This document shows positions 1 through 9,288 of a stretch of 45,534 nt of DNA, piece after piece. The position numbers and the translations under genes are program-made. The DNA lies in the NCBI RefSeq assembly GCF_004010195.1, contig NC_057720.1, positions 22,530,665 to 22,576,198 of the forward strand. Direction: 5' to 3'. Each line of letters starts with the position of its first letter. Position 1 is the stretch's first letter. The stretch is from Chiloscyllium plagiosum (Eukaryota). The notes under the pieces were generated by a model. It made no database searches. It was given only the letters and a program-made list of their open reading frames with translations, and was not told the origin of the DNA.

Positions 1-229
1 TTCCCCTCGGGGTTCTGGGGGGTGGGGATAGTGACAGTGGGGTCTGTGGGGGGCGTGTCAGCAGAATGCAGGTGAGTGGCACTGGTGGGGGCGGAAGTGG
101 TGGTGACCACGGCAGTAGGGGTAGTGGAAGTCACTGAGCATGTGGCATCAGCGATGATGTGAGGGGTGGAAGTGATGTCACGTGTGATGCATGAGGAATT
201 GTGAGGGGTGGAAGTGGTTGTGGGAGTGG
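1..229 (-). mobile_element. 5'-truncated Penelope-like element, Thr/Pro/Ser-rich N-terminal ORF region, running off the window start
   Basis: Minus-strand frame open across 227 nt: TPTTTSTPHNSSCITRDITSTPHIIADATCSVTSTTPTAVVTTTSAPTSATHLHSADTPPTDPTVTIPTPQNPEG. It resembles the low-complexity linker upstream of the RT in shark PLEs (recalled, not searched). Composition switches abruptly to AT-rich at about 230. Confidence 0.55.
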
Positions 230-413
230 AAATATTCCAGTTTAGTAGATACCTTTTGTTCAACAACTCAATTGCATCTTGCACGTCTCCCTCAAAAGGC
301 ACTCCCACCAATGTTCATATGGAGACATGAGCTAAACCTTAAGAAAGGGTCTCTTTTTCATTACCTGTCATACCCCAAAGGTGTTTGGGCAGGTTGCAAT
401 CTTGGCCACACTT

Positions 414-536
414 AGCATTCCTGATGAAGGGCTTATGCCCAAAACTTTGAATACTCCTGCTCCTCGGATGCTGCCTGACCTGCTGTGCTTTTCCAGCACC
501 ACATTCTTCGACTCTGACCTCCAGTTCTTACTTTCT
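414..536 (+). mobile_element. Short Penelope 3'-end element with degenerate hammerhead core
   Basis: attc-CTGATGA-AGGGC-TTAT-GCCC-aAAAC...gatgctgcctgacctgctgtgcttttccagca...ctttctc. Flanked by a 7-bp direct repeat CACACTT (407-413, 537-543). Confidence 0.8.
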
Positions 537-984
537 CACACTTTGACCTGACAAGGTTCATGGTATGAAACCTAGCGAGGGAACGTAAATCCAAGCCGCT
601 CTGGAAGCTCCTTGTTTGTGATGTTGGGCTCTACTTTCAGGGGGATTGAATTATACAGGATTCACTGGCCATAGATTTCACCAGTGCAAGGTTATGTTAT
701 GTGTCAGTGCAGGTCATGAGCCCACACCCTGCAAGTCTGCCATGGCCAGCTCTAATGTGGACAATGAGTTTCCCAGCACACCAGAATTTTAAGGACTATT
801 ATTTTTAATGACTTCTGGTTCAAAACCCCTTGGAGGTGATGTGAATTGTGGGGCTGCATTTCCATCCCAGAGGTGAGCTGCAGGAGGTGGAAAATTTCTA
901 TGCTTGGTGTGCCCACCATGGGAGAAACTGTCTGAAATAGTAGGATTTTCATTCTGGAGGTGAGGGTGGGTGGTATATAATGTG

Positions 985-1214
985 ATGAAAATGTGTTGCT
1001 GGAAAAGCGCAGCAGGTCAGGCAGCATCTAGGGAACAGGAGAATCGACGTTTTGGGCATTAGCCCTTCTTCAGGAATGAGGACCTCATTCCTGAAGAAGG
1101 GCTAATGCCCGAAACGTCGATTCTCCTGTTCCCTAGATGCTGCCTGACCTGCTGCGCTTTTCCAGCAACACATTTTCATCTCTGATCTCAGCATCTGCAG
1201 ACCTCACTTTCTCC
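985..1214. mobile_element. Palindromic (inverted) Penelope 3'-end insertion with 14-bp TSD
   Basis: Arms 984-1081 and 1083-1180 are reverse complements with one mismatch. TSD TGGTATATAATGTG at 971-984 and 1215-1228. Confidence 0.9.
1087..1122 (+). ncRNA. Minimal type I hammerhead ribozyme motif (PLE-associated)
   Basis: CTGAAGA (1091-1097), A, stem II GGGC-TAAT-GCCC, GAAA, then C-GTC with predicted cleavage after C1118. Helix III is the loopless palindrome ACGT and helix I is very short. Confidence 0.75.
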
Positions 1215-1268
1215 TGGTATATAATGTGTCCACCTAGATGCTCTGACACTTTTTCCCAGTTAGAATAA

Positions 1269-1427
1269 ATAGAACATAGAACATTACAGTGCAGTACAGG
1301 CCCTTCGGCCTTCAATGTTGCATCGACCTGTGGAACCAATCTGAAGCCCATCTAACCCACATTTGTCCATATGCCTATCCAATGACCTTTTAAATGCCCT
1401 TAAAGTTCGCAAGTCTACTACAATTGC
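1269..1427 (-). mobile_element. HER1/CR1 LINE 3' end
   Basis: (ATAGAAC)n tail, conserved 3' stem cagtacaggcccttcggcc, and C-terminal ORF2 peptide TLRAFKRSLDRHMD on the minus strand. Confidence 0.88.
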
Positions 1428-2742
1428 CTCACAGTAAAGCCAACAAAAGATAAAGTCCTCACCACTCACACCCTATGCACCATCTATTTAAACTCTTGCT
1501 TCCTCATGCCATTCTTCCAACACCCCAGCCACTCTCCCATGGCCCAAATACCCTCGACACCAATTTCTGCTTGCAACTATAATTTATTACGTATGTTCCA
1601 CAAAATTTATGGGACTTCATTACATTGAACAAAAACAAATTACTTTTTCTCAACTTTCATTTGTTTGCAAGAATCAATATAGCAACTCCTGGAACGAGTG
1701 ATGCAAGAAAAGATTTCAAATTGACCTGGAATAAAATTTCAACATTTGGCCACTTCTTAGAAGATTATGTGGAAGCAGAGGGAGAATTATAACAGTTTTT
1801 TGTTTATGAAGGGGAAAGCATTTATTGTCAAGTACTTCGACCATCATGAAGAAAAAGATGATGACGATGATTGGAAATGGCCAGTATAAATGAGTATCAT
1901 CTACTTTTGGAGATTATTTCAGCTTGGAATGATACTAAAATCACAAATTGGTTTTGGAGATAGTGTGACTACCAGTTCTTTATTGTACAAGAGCAAAAAA
2001 TGTGCTGCAAGAAATATGCACTGGCTCCAAATTAAATTTGACAGCTGCCCGGTTTCTCGCTGTTAGAGCTTAACGTTCAGTGGTGAATTCAAAAATTAGA
2101 TGTGACTATAGGAACTACTAGCAATTGTTTCCAGTTGATTTTAATAGTACAGAATCTCTATTATTCATTTTTATTACCAAAAAGGATGAGAAACCAGAAT
2201 GCAAGAAAACCAGGAAAGGGTGAGCGCCTCTGGGGGTGAATTTCAGCTTTGCTGAGGGTCATCAATAAAAGTCTGCGTCAGAACCTCCCCCAAATGAGTC
2301 TAACTCCTGAGGCAGTTGGTTTCCAGACTTTTGGGACCAGAGTAATAGATTTTCAATTGCCCCACTTAGTACTGTAGGTGCTAGACAATTGATTGGTACA
2401 GCAATCTCTTCAACACGTAGTTCTCTGTCATCTTCACCTAGGCAACAGTTATTTCCTCATGTTAATGCAAGTAACCAATGCTTCCTGTTTCCAAGCCCTA
2501 AGTTCAAAATGCTCCTTCGTTATTTTCTTAGTTATTTATCATTAGCCTTTATTCAGTATATTTGCTTTCTCAAAACGTTAAAGGATTAACCTTCATATAT
2601 TTTGGGTGAACATTTTGGCTGGTTAGCATCTTTTCTTTGACATTATGAGCCAAGATGTGTCCATGGGATATACACTACTTTGTCGTAGATGCCACACCGC
2701 TGAGAGCATTTGCGAATGATGAGTGGCTGGTGGAAGTACACA

Positions 2743-3560
2743 AAATGCAGGAATCCAAGGTAGACAAGCAGGAGGCTGGAAGAACACAGCAATCCAGGCA
2801 GCATTGGGATGTGGAGAAGTCAAAGTTTCGGGTGTAACCTTTCCAGGACTGGGTGTGGGGGTAAGGAGAAGTGCAGATAAAGGGGAGGGTGTGGGAGAGG
2901 GATTTTGGTGGGGAGAGGAGTGGAGTGCTGAGGTAGTGATAGGTGAACATAGGTAGAGGGTACGGCCAGGTTGGTCACTTGGAGGAATGAATCTGGTTGG
3001 TAGCTGGAAGGAAAGGTCGATAAATGGAATGGAAGGAAGGGGGAGGGGCTGGGAAGGGAGACCGGGGATGGGTAGGGAGGTTATTTGAAATTGGAGAACC
3101 CAATGTTGAGTCCTCTGGGCTGTAGGCGGCCCAGGTGGAAAATGAAGTGTTGTTCCTCCAATTTGAGCTCCTCCACATTTGGCGAAACAACATCCCATCT
3201 TTAGCCTGTGGAGCCTACAGCCCAAAGAACTCAACATTGAGTTCTCCAATTTAAAAGAACCTCCATTCCCATCCACAACTCCCTTTCCAATCCCTCCTCC
3301 TCCCTTCCATTCCTCTGACTCATCCTTCCTTACAGCTACCAACTGGATTCATTCCACCCAGCAACCAGGCCATGCACTCTACCTGTGTTCACCTATCACA
3401 GCCTCAGCACTCCAAGCCTCTCCCCACCCAAACCCGTCTCCAACACCCCCACTTTATCTGCAGCTCCCTTAACCTGAAGAAGGGTTACACCTGAAATGTT
3501 GACTTCTCCACCTCCTGATACTGCCTGACATGTATTCTTCCAGCCTCCTGCTTGTCTACA
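2743..3560. mobile_element. Older inverted (tail-out) Penelope insertion: minus arm ~2743-3172, plus arm ~3181-3560
   Basis: Both arms encode the PLE endonuclease C-terminus (plus: KQHPIFSLWSLQPKELNIEFSNLK; minus: EQHFIFHLGRLQPRGLNIGFSNFK), a C-rich 3'UTR and a hammerhead-like tail (CTGAAGA AGGGT TAC ACCT GAAAT at ~3474). Possible decayed TSD gtggaagtacaca (2730-2742) / gcgaaagtataca (3561-3573), 10/13 match. Confidence 0.82.
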
Positions 3561-3693
3561 GCGAAAGTATACAGATCAGAAAGATCATGATTTCAATCAG
3601 CATGAAACACAGATTTGTTCCCGGTATTGCCAATTTGGCATCGAATGTTGCAGTTAGTCACCTCAGATAGTTGGACAGTACTATTCAGTAATA

Positions 3694-3810
3694 GATGTTT
3701 TCTAATCAACCTGTTCTAACATGTTATTACACGCCTCAGGAGCAGGTGGGACTTGAACTCAGTTCTTCTGGCTCAGAGATAATGGCATTGCCGCTGCACC
3801 ACATCAGCCC
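3694..3810 (-). mobile_element. tRNA-derived SINE fragment
   Basis: Minus strand has A-box-like TGGTGCAGCGG and B-box-like AGTTCAAGTCC. Homologous to the plus-strand copy at 5233-5352 (shared ...aacaggttgattagaaaa). Confidence 0.6.
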
Positions 3811-4045
3811 TATATTATTTATTGAATCAGTTCATTCAGAGACTTTGGAGCAGCTGGGACTTGAACCCTGGCCATTTAGGCGAAGAACCTATTTTTTGAG
3901 GTTCTTCATCAAATGCCGTCATTTGCTTTGTGAACTGATTTCTTCTAATCATCATTTTGATTCTTCACGGAATGAGTTTTTTTCCATAGTTTTTTAACAT
4001 TACAAGGACTGGTGTGGAAGCTTTACCTGGCATGAAGACTTACAC

Positions 4046-4468
4046 AGAACATAGAACATAGAACAATACAGCGCAGAACAGACCCTTCGTCCCTCGATGT
4101 TGTACTGAACTGTGAGCTATTCTCAGCTCGTCCCCCTATATTATCCTATCATCATCCATGTGCTTTCCAAGGATTGTTAAAACTCCCTAATGTGGCTGAG
4201 TTAGCTGCAATGGCAGGTAGGGCATTCCATGCGCTTACCACTCTCTGAATGAAGAATCTGCCTCTGACATCTGTCTTAAATCTATCACCATTCAATTTGT
4301 AGTTATGCCCCCGCGTACAAGCTGACGTTATCATCCGAGGAAAAAGACTTTCTCTCTCTACCCTATCTCATCCTCTGATCATCTTGTTTGTCTCTATCAA
4401 ATCCCCTCCAAGCCTTCTTCTTTCCAATGAGAACAGACCTAAGTCTCTCAGCCTTTCCCTATAAGACC
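4046..4468 (-). mobile_element. HER1/CR1 LINE 3' fragment
   Basis: (AGAACAT)n tail and ORF 4152-4334 TRGHNYKLNGDRFKTDVRGRFFIQRVVSAWNALP, a CR1 ORF2 C-terminus. Confidence 0.92.
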
Positions 4469-5019
4469 AAATTTCTTCACAAAGTTTCTCTCCAAGACAA
4501 AGTTATCTGAGTGGACATTCTCCTTGAACTACAGCATCGCTTGAAATGGTAACAAAGACCATGTAGAACAAGGGAAGAACATGAGAAACATGGAAGGAAG
4601 GCTCTTTGAAAGCCATATCTGTTAAATTAAACACCTCAGCAATGAACAACTTCACCTCAGCAATGTGAAGTAACAGTGCATCAGTAAGGATGCCTTCATT
4701 TAGACATGCAACCTGCTGCAGATAACCATATGGCATGATAATAAGTGCACTGCCAGGAGCTGAGAAAGTGACCACTATAACTAATTTTTATGTGCTTTGT
4801 TGTTTCCAGGCTGCAGATGCAGATACTTGCAATTTGCAGCTCACTGAGACTCTATTCATTGAGAATGAACTACAACATTTTAGCTAGAGACCAACAGATG
4901 GAGCAAGGATTGCAGGCTTCTCCATGGTGAAGCAAGCCACTGACTGCATGCTCGTTGCTTTTTCCATACAGCATCTGTTTAGGACACATTATTGGCAAAT
5001 CTGCAGAGGATAGTGTAAG

Positions 5020-5217
5020 CTTTGCTGAGGCCCAAACATTGTATGGTTTCAAGAAGGAGTTGGATATAGCACTTAAGGTTAAAGGGATCAAAGAAAATGG
5101 GGAGAAAAGCAGGATCAGGCTATTGAATTGTCTGATCAACCACAATTATATTGAATGGCAGAGGATGCTAAAAGGATCAAATGATCTACTCTTGCTCCTA
5201 GTTCATGTTTCTATGTT
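5020..5217 (+). mobile_element. Degenerate CR1 LINE 3' end
   Basis: FKKELDIALKVKGIK peptide, then 3'UTR aatgatctactcttgctcct and tail gtttctatgtt. Confidence 0.8.
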
Positions 5218-5232
5218 AAATGTTGAAACTTA

Positions 5233-5352
5233 GGGCTCTTTTGGTACAGTGCTAGTGTTCCTACCTTTGAGCCAAGAGGCCTGAGTTTAAGTCTCAGATA
5301 CTCAAAAGGCATTTAATAACATCTTTTTTAACAGGCTGATTAGAAAATATCC
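5233..5352 (+). mobile_element. tRNA-derived SINE fragment
   Basis: A-box-like TGGTACAGTGC and B-box-like AGTTTAAGTCT. Same family as 3694-3810. Confidence 0.55.
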
Positions 5353-6080
5353 AAATGTTAAAGCTTCATCTGCCAGTCTAGACAATATCGGCTGCCCTAT
5401 AGCAGCAAGAAATGCTTTAATTTCCGCAGCATGTTACTGACACACCTGGATTGCATTAACCAGTCCAATAACGAGCTAATTGGGAAAGGAATTGAATGAG
5501 AAAAAGATTGTGATACCTTATCAGGTTATCTCCACTTATGCTAGACAACGGACATTAATTAAGGTCTTTCGATATGTAAAGGTGAGTGTCTGAAAGCCAG
5601 AAAAGTCTGATATTTAACCAATGGTTTCTAAAAAGAAAACTCATTATATTCCCTTCTTAACTTGATTGTCCCTCTTTTAACCCCTTCTTCTTGAATTCTG
5701 TCTTATTTTGAATCACACCTATTGACCCAAATTCTTCAATTCTCACAGAATAGGGAAGCACAATTATCAGCTAGAACTAACACAAGCTAAATCCAAATTT
5801 ACGTGGCTTTAAGTTGTGAAATGCATCAACTTTTAGAAAAATTAATTTGGATTAATTTAAAGCAGACATTCCTCAGTTAACAGCCAGTCAAAGAATACAA
5901 AAATAATGCAAAGACCATTAAAAATGGTCAATGCAGGTTTGGATTGAGACCTGAGGAAGTGAAGTGAATTGCATTATCTTCTTCCTACATTATGTATCAA
6001 GTCAATTTATTTTCATTTAATTTACATAATCAAGGTTTTAAATCTGTTGAAACGAAAGTACACTAGAACAAAATTTGCAT

Positions 6081-6212
6081 TCTGAAGAACTGTCATTGGA
6101 CCCAAAACATTGACTCTGCTTTCTCTCTCCACAGATGCTATTAGACCTGCCGAGTTTCTCCTACAACTTCTGTTTTTGTTTCAGATATCCAGCATTTGAT
6201 GTTCTTGGTTTT
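6081..6212 (+). mobile_element. Short Penelope-related tail element, second family
   Basis: CTGAAGA...GTC-attg-GAC..aAAAC degenerate hammerhead, followed by acagatgct..agacctg..gagtttctcc..ttcagat..ccagcat. Confidence 0.7.
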
Positions 6213-6687
6213 AATATATAAGTATTTGTGATGTATCATCTGTTAACTGCAATCCTTTGCATTAGTGTTGTAAAATTAAAGAATTGCTGAGTCATGAGAT
6301 TCTTTTAAATAATAACAATACTTCAACATATTTCCGTGCTGTGTTTTTGCATGGATAATGAATAGCTTACTATCTGTTGCATATATTTAATAAAGTAAAT
6401 ACACATCATTGGGCATATTCTATCATGCTTCTAAGCCTTTGACATCAATTTTGCATGTTTGTTCAAGATAATATATATAGTATATTTGTTTTTCACTCAT
6501 TACTATTAAGTAGTTTAGACACCTATATCATTATTATGTGTGAAAGGTATTATGCAATTGGTCATGGAATTGTTGTTCCCCAAATACTGTAGTCTCTCTT
6601 AATAACATGGTCAAATATATAAATATAAATCACAATACAAGTTTAGTTACGCTACTAAAACATAGATTGTGAATTAAGAAATAACCA

Positions 6688-6863
6688 AACTTGAAGCTTA
6701 CATGTGAAAGATAAGGAAATAAAACTATTTTAAATATATGAAAAACAACTACAAATTTTGTTTCTAATCTACTTTAACTTGAAGCTTACATGTGAAAGAT
6801 AAGGAAATAAAACTATTTTAAATATATGAAAAACAACTACAAATTTTGTTTCTAATCTACTTT
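6688..6863 (+). repeat. Perfect 88-bp tandem duplication
   Basis: aacttgaagcttacatgtg...ttctaatctacttt occurs at 6688-6775 and 6776-6863, but only once in the partner region. Confidence 0.95.
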
Positions 6864-7671
6864 CTTTTTTAAAAGGCATTTTTTAAATCTTAAAATTCTT
6901 TGCTGAAGTATAAATTAGAAGAAGAAAAAATTACCTTGGTGCAGACTTTTTTTTAAGACAAAGGCTCTAAAAGCATCAGCTTATTAGAGCTTTAACAGTC
7001 GAGACATCTCACATTGCAAAGGCAGCATCAGTGGTACATAATAAAACAGCAATGACCATGCATTATTTTAAGTGACAAGCTGTATGAATATTGAATAGTG
7101 AGTGGGTTTCCTTTTGTGGCTCATGTAGTTCTCTGGAAAAGATCCGTTTTAATGAGCAATCAAACTATTGCAGTATATTTTTGAAAAATACTTCATTTGG
7201 GAATTGGTAACTGACAACTAGATATGCATATGTACCTGTTAATATGCTAATGAAATAGGGGATGTGTTCTTATTTTCCTCCAGTCAATTAATCCAATCAT
7301 TCAAAGTCCACCTGAAATTCTCTACATGAACATAATTGGCATCAAGTCTTGAAAGGAGGATAAAGATAATTAATCTACAATTTTAAATCAGATGAAAAGT
7401 AATAGGCTGCAGATAATTGATCAGTTAAAACAGTAATCAGTAGGATTAATTAAAACTGTAATATCTCTTAACTTGTACATTATGTTATGGGGCATCTCCA
7501 TTAAAACATATCTAGCACTGACATATGCCACCAACAAGTAGTTGCATCAGTTTACATGCTGCTGTTGGAACTAAAATAAAATATGACTCTTACATTTACT
7601 TATTTGCATGCAAGTAATCTGCCTTAAAAATATGGAGACTGAACTGGAGATTCTCCAAAACTGAATGGAAA

Positions 7672-8055
7672 CTAGAAATTTCTGGAGAAACTCAGCAGGT
7701 CTAGCAGCATTTGTGGAGAGAAAGCAGAGTTCACGTTTTGGGTCCAGCGACTCTTCATCAGAACTGACTTTGGCTAGGAAAAGGTTGGGATATATGTTGT
7801 AGATGGGGTGAGGGGAGGGGGCAGGAGTCAGCATTAGATGCCCAACTGCTGTTCTTTCTCTTTGAGTTCCAGCTCCAACTCTTGTTTACTCCTTGTCCCT
7901 CCCCTGCCCCACCTTCAGGATTTATAGCAATCATTGCCCAGCTACACTGGACCCAAAATGTTGGCTCTGCTTTCTGTTCCCAGATGCAGCCAGAGCTGCT
8001 GAATTTCTCCAGTAGTTTCTGTTTTGGATTTTCAACATCCGCAGTCTTTGGTTTC
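7672..8055. mobile_element. Inverted pair of Penelope-related tails (minus ~7672-7822, plus ~7895-8055); duplicated at ~10402-10785
   Basis: Minus arm reads ctgatgaagagtcgctggacccaaaacgtg...gctagacctgctgagtttctccag. Plus arm reads ctggacccaaaatgttggctctgctttc...gctgctgaatttctccag. Confidence 0.7.
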
Positions 8056-8249
8056 TCCGAAAGAAAAAGTTGGGATCGCATTAGGGAATTAATCCTTTGC
8101 AATTATCACAAAGAAAGCAGTATGGGACCTTTGTCCTCCTAATTATTTTAATTTCTCCAGTGTCCAGCCAGCGTTAATCATACTGTTCATTGACCAGAAT
8201 TATCAGCCAGGCAGCAATGATGTGAGTGCCTGATACTGATTAAAGCTAG

Positions 8250-8351
8250 AGTCAAGATTAGAGTGGTGCTGAAAAAGCACAGCAGGTCAGGCAGCATCCA
8301 AGGAACAGGAAAATTGACGTTTCAGGCAAAAGCCCTTCATCAGGAATGAGA
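8250..8351 (-). mobile_element. Short Penelope tail with hammerhead core and 15-bp TSD (second copy 10980-11081)
   Basis: TSD ACTGATTAAAGCTAG at 8235-8249 and 8352-8366. Minus strand reads attc-CTGATGA-AGGGC-TTTT-GCCT-GAAAC-GTC. Confidence 0.88.
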
Positions 8352-8479
8352 ACTGATTAAAGCTAGTCAGCATCCTTTAAAGAAAGTAAAAGAGAGATCA
8401 TAACACATTTTTATAATCATGCATGAGATTATGCTTAACTGCGACACATGGCACAACATGCATAACAGTGAGCGCCAAG

Positions 8480-9050
8480 NNNNNNNNNNNNNNNNNNNNN
8501 NNNNNNNNNNNNNNNNNNNNNNNNNNNNNNNNNNNNNNNNNNNNNNNNNNNNNNNNNNNNNNNNNNNNNNNNNNNNNNNNNNNNNNNNNNNNNNNNNNNN
8601 NNNNNNNNNNNNNNNNNNNNNNNNNNNNNNNNNNNNNNNNNNNNNNNNNNNNNNNNNNNNNNNNNNNNNNNNNNNNNNNNNNNNNNNNNNNNNNNNNNNN
8701 NNNNNNNNNNNNNNNNNNNNNNNNNNNNNNNNNNNNNNNNNNNNNNNNNNNNNNNNNNNNNNNNNNNNNNNNNNNNNNNNNNNNNNNNNNNNNNNNNNNN
8801 NNNNNNNNNNNNNNNNNNNNNNNNNNNNNNNNNNNNNNNNNNNNNNNNNNNNNNNNNNNNNNNNNNNNNNNNNNNNNNNNNNNNNNNNNNNNNNNNNNNN
8901 NNNNNNNNNNNNNNNNNNNNNNNNNNNNNNNNNNNNNNNNNNNNNNNNNNNNNNNNNNNNNNNNNNNNNNNNNNNNNNNNNNNNNNNNNNNNNNNNNNNN
9001 NNNNNNNNNNNNNNNNNNNNNNNNNNNNNNNNNNNNNNNNNNNNNNNNNN
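8480..9050. other. Assembly gap
   Basis: Run of N. Confidence 1.
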
Positions 9051-9288
9051 GTAGGTATAGGACTGATGTTAGGGGTAGGTTCTTCACTCAGCGGGTCGTT
9101 AGTTCATGGAATGCCCTGCCAGTAACAGTGGTGGACTCTCCCTCTTTATGGGCATTTAAGAGGGCATTGGATAGGTATATGGAGGATAGTGGGTTAGTGT
9201 AGTTTAGGTGGGCTTGGATCGGCGCAACATCGAGGGCCCAAGGGCCTGTACTGCGCTGTATTCTTCTATGTTCTATGTTCTATGTTCT
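9051..9288 (+). mobile_element. Young HER1/CR1 LINE 3' end (5' part hidden in the gap)
   Basis: RYRTDVRGRFFTQRVVSSWNALP...FKRALDRYM, CpGs retained, intact tail (TTCTATG)x3. Confidence 0.93.

Larger units (their letters stand above)
6469..8479 (+). repeat. Copy 1 of a ~1.9 kb near-identical duplication (partner 9288-11209)
   Basis: Direct comparison shows about 9 single-base differences plus an 88-bp indel. ORFs 7571-7834 and 10301-10564 are identical. The copy ends exactly at the N gap. Confidence 0.97.

Noticed and set aside
1..229. Mucin-like host exon
   Set aside because: The Thr/Pro-rich frame has no evident splice acceptor at its start and better fits a truncated Penelope ORF linker. 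It cannot be fully excluded without upstream sequence.
2232..2365. Small MITE with GGGG...CCCC ends
   Set aside because: Terminal inverted similarity is poor and there is no convincing TSD.
2623..3342. 239-aa Pro-rich ORF as a host gene
   Set aside because: It is a chimeric reading across the inverted Penelope arms and their C-rich UTR.
8398..9202. Three long ORFs (211-259 aa) in the ORF track
   Set aside because: They are artefacts of translating through the N gap.
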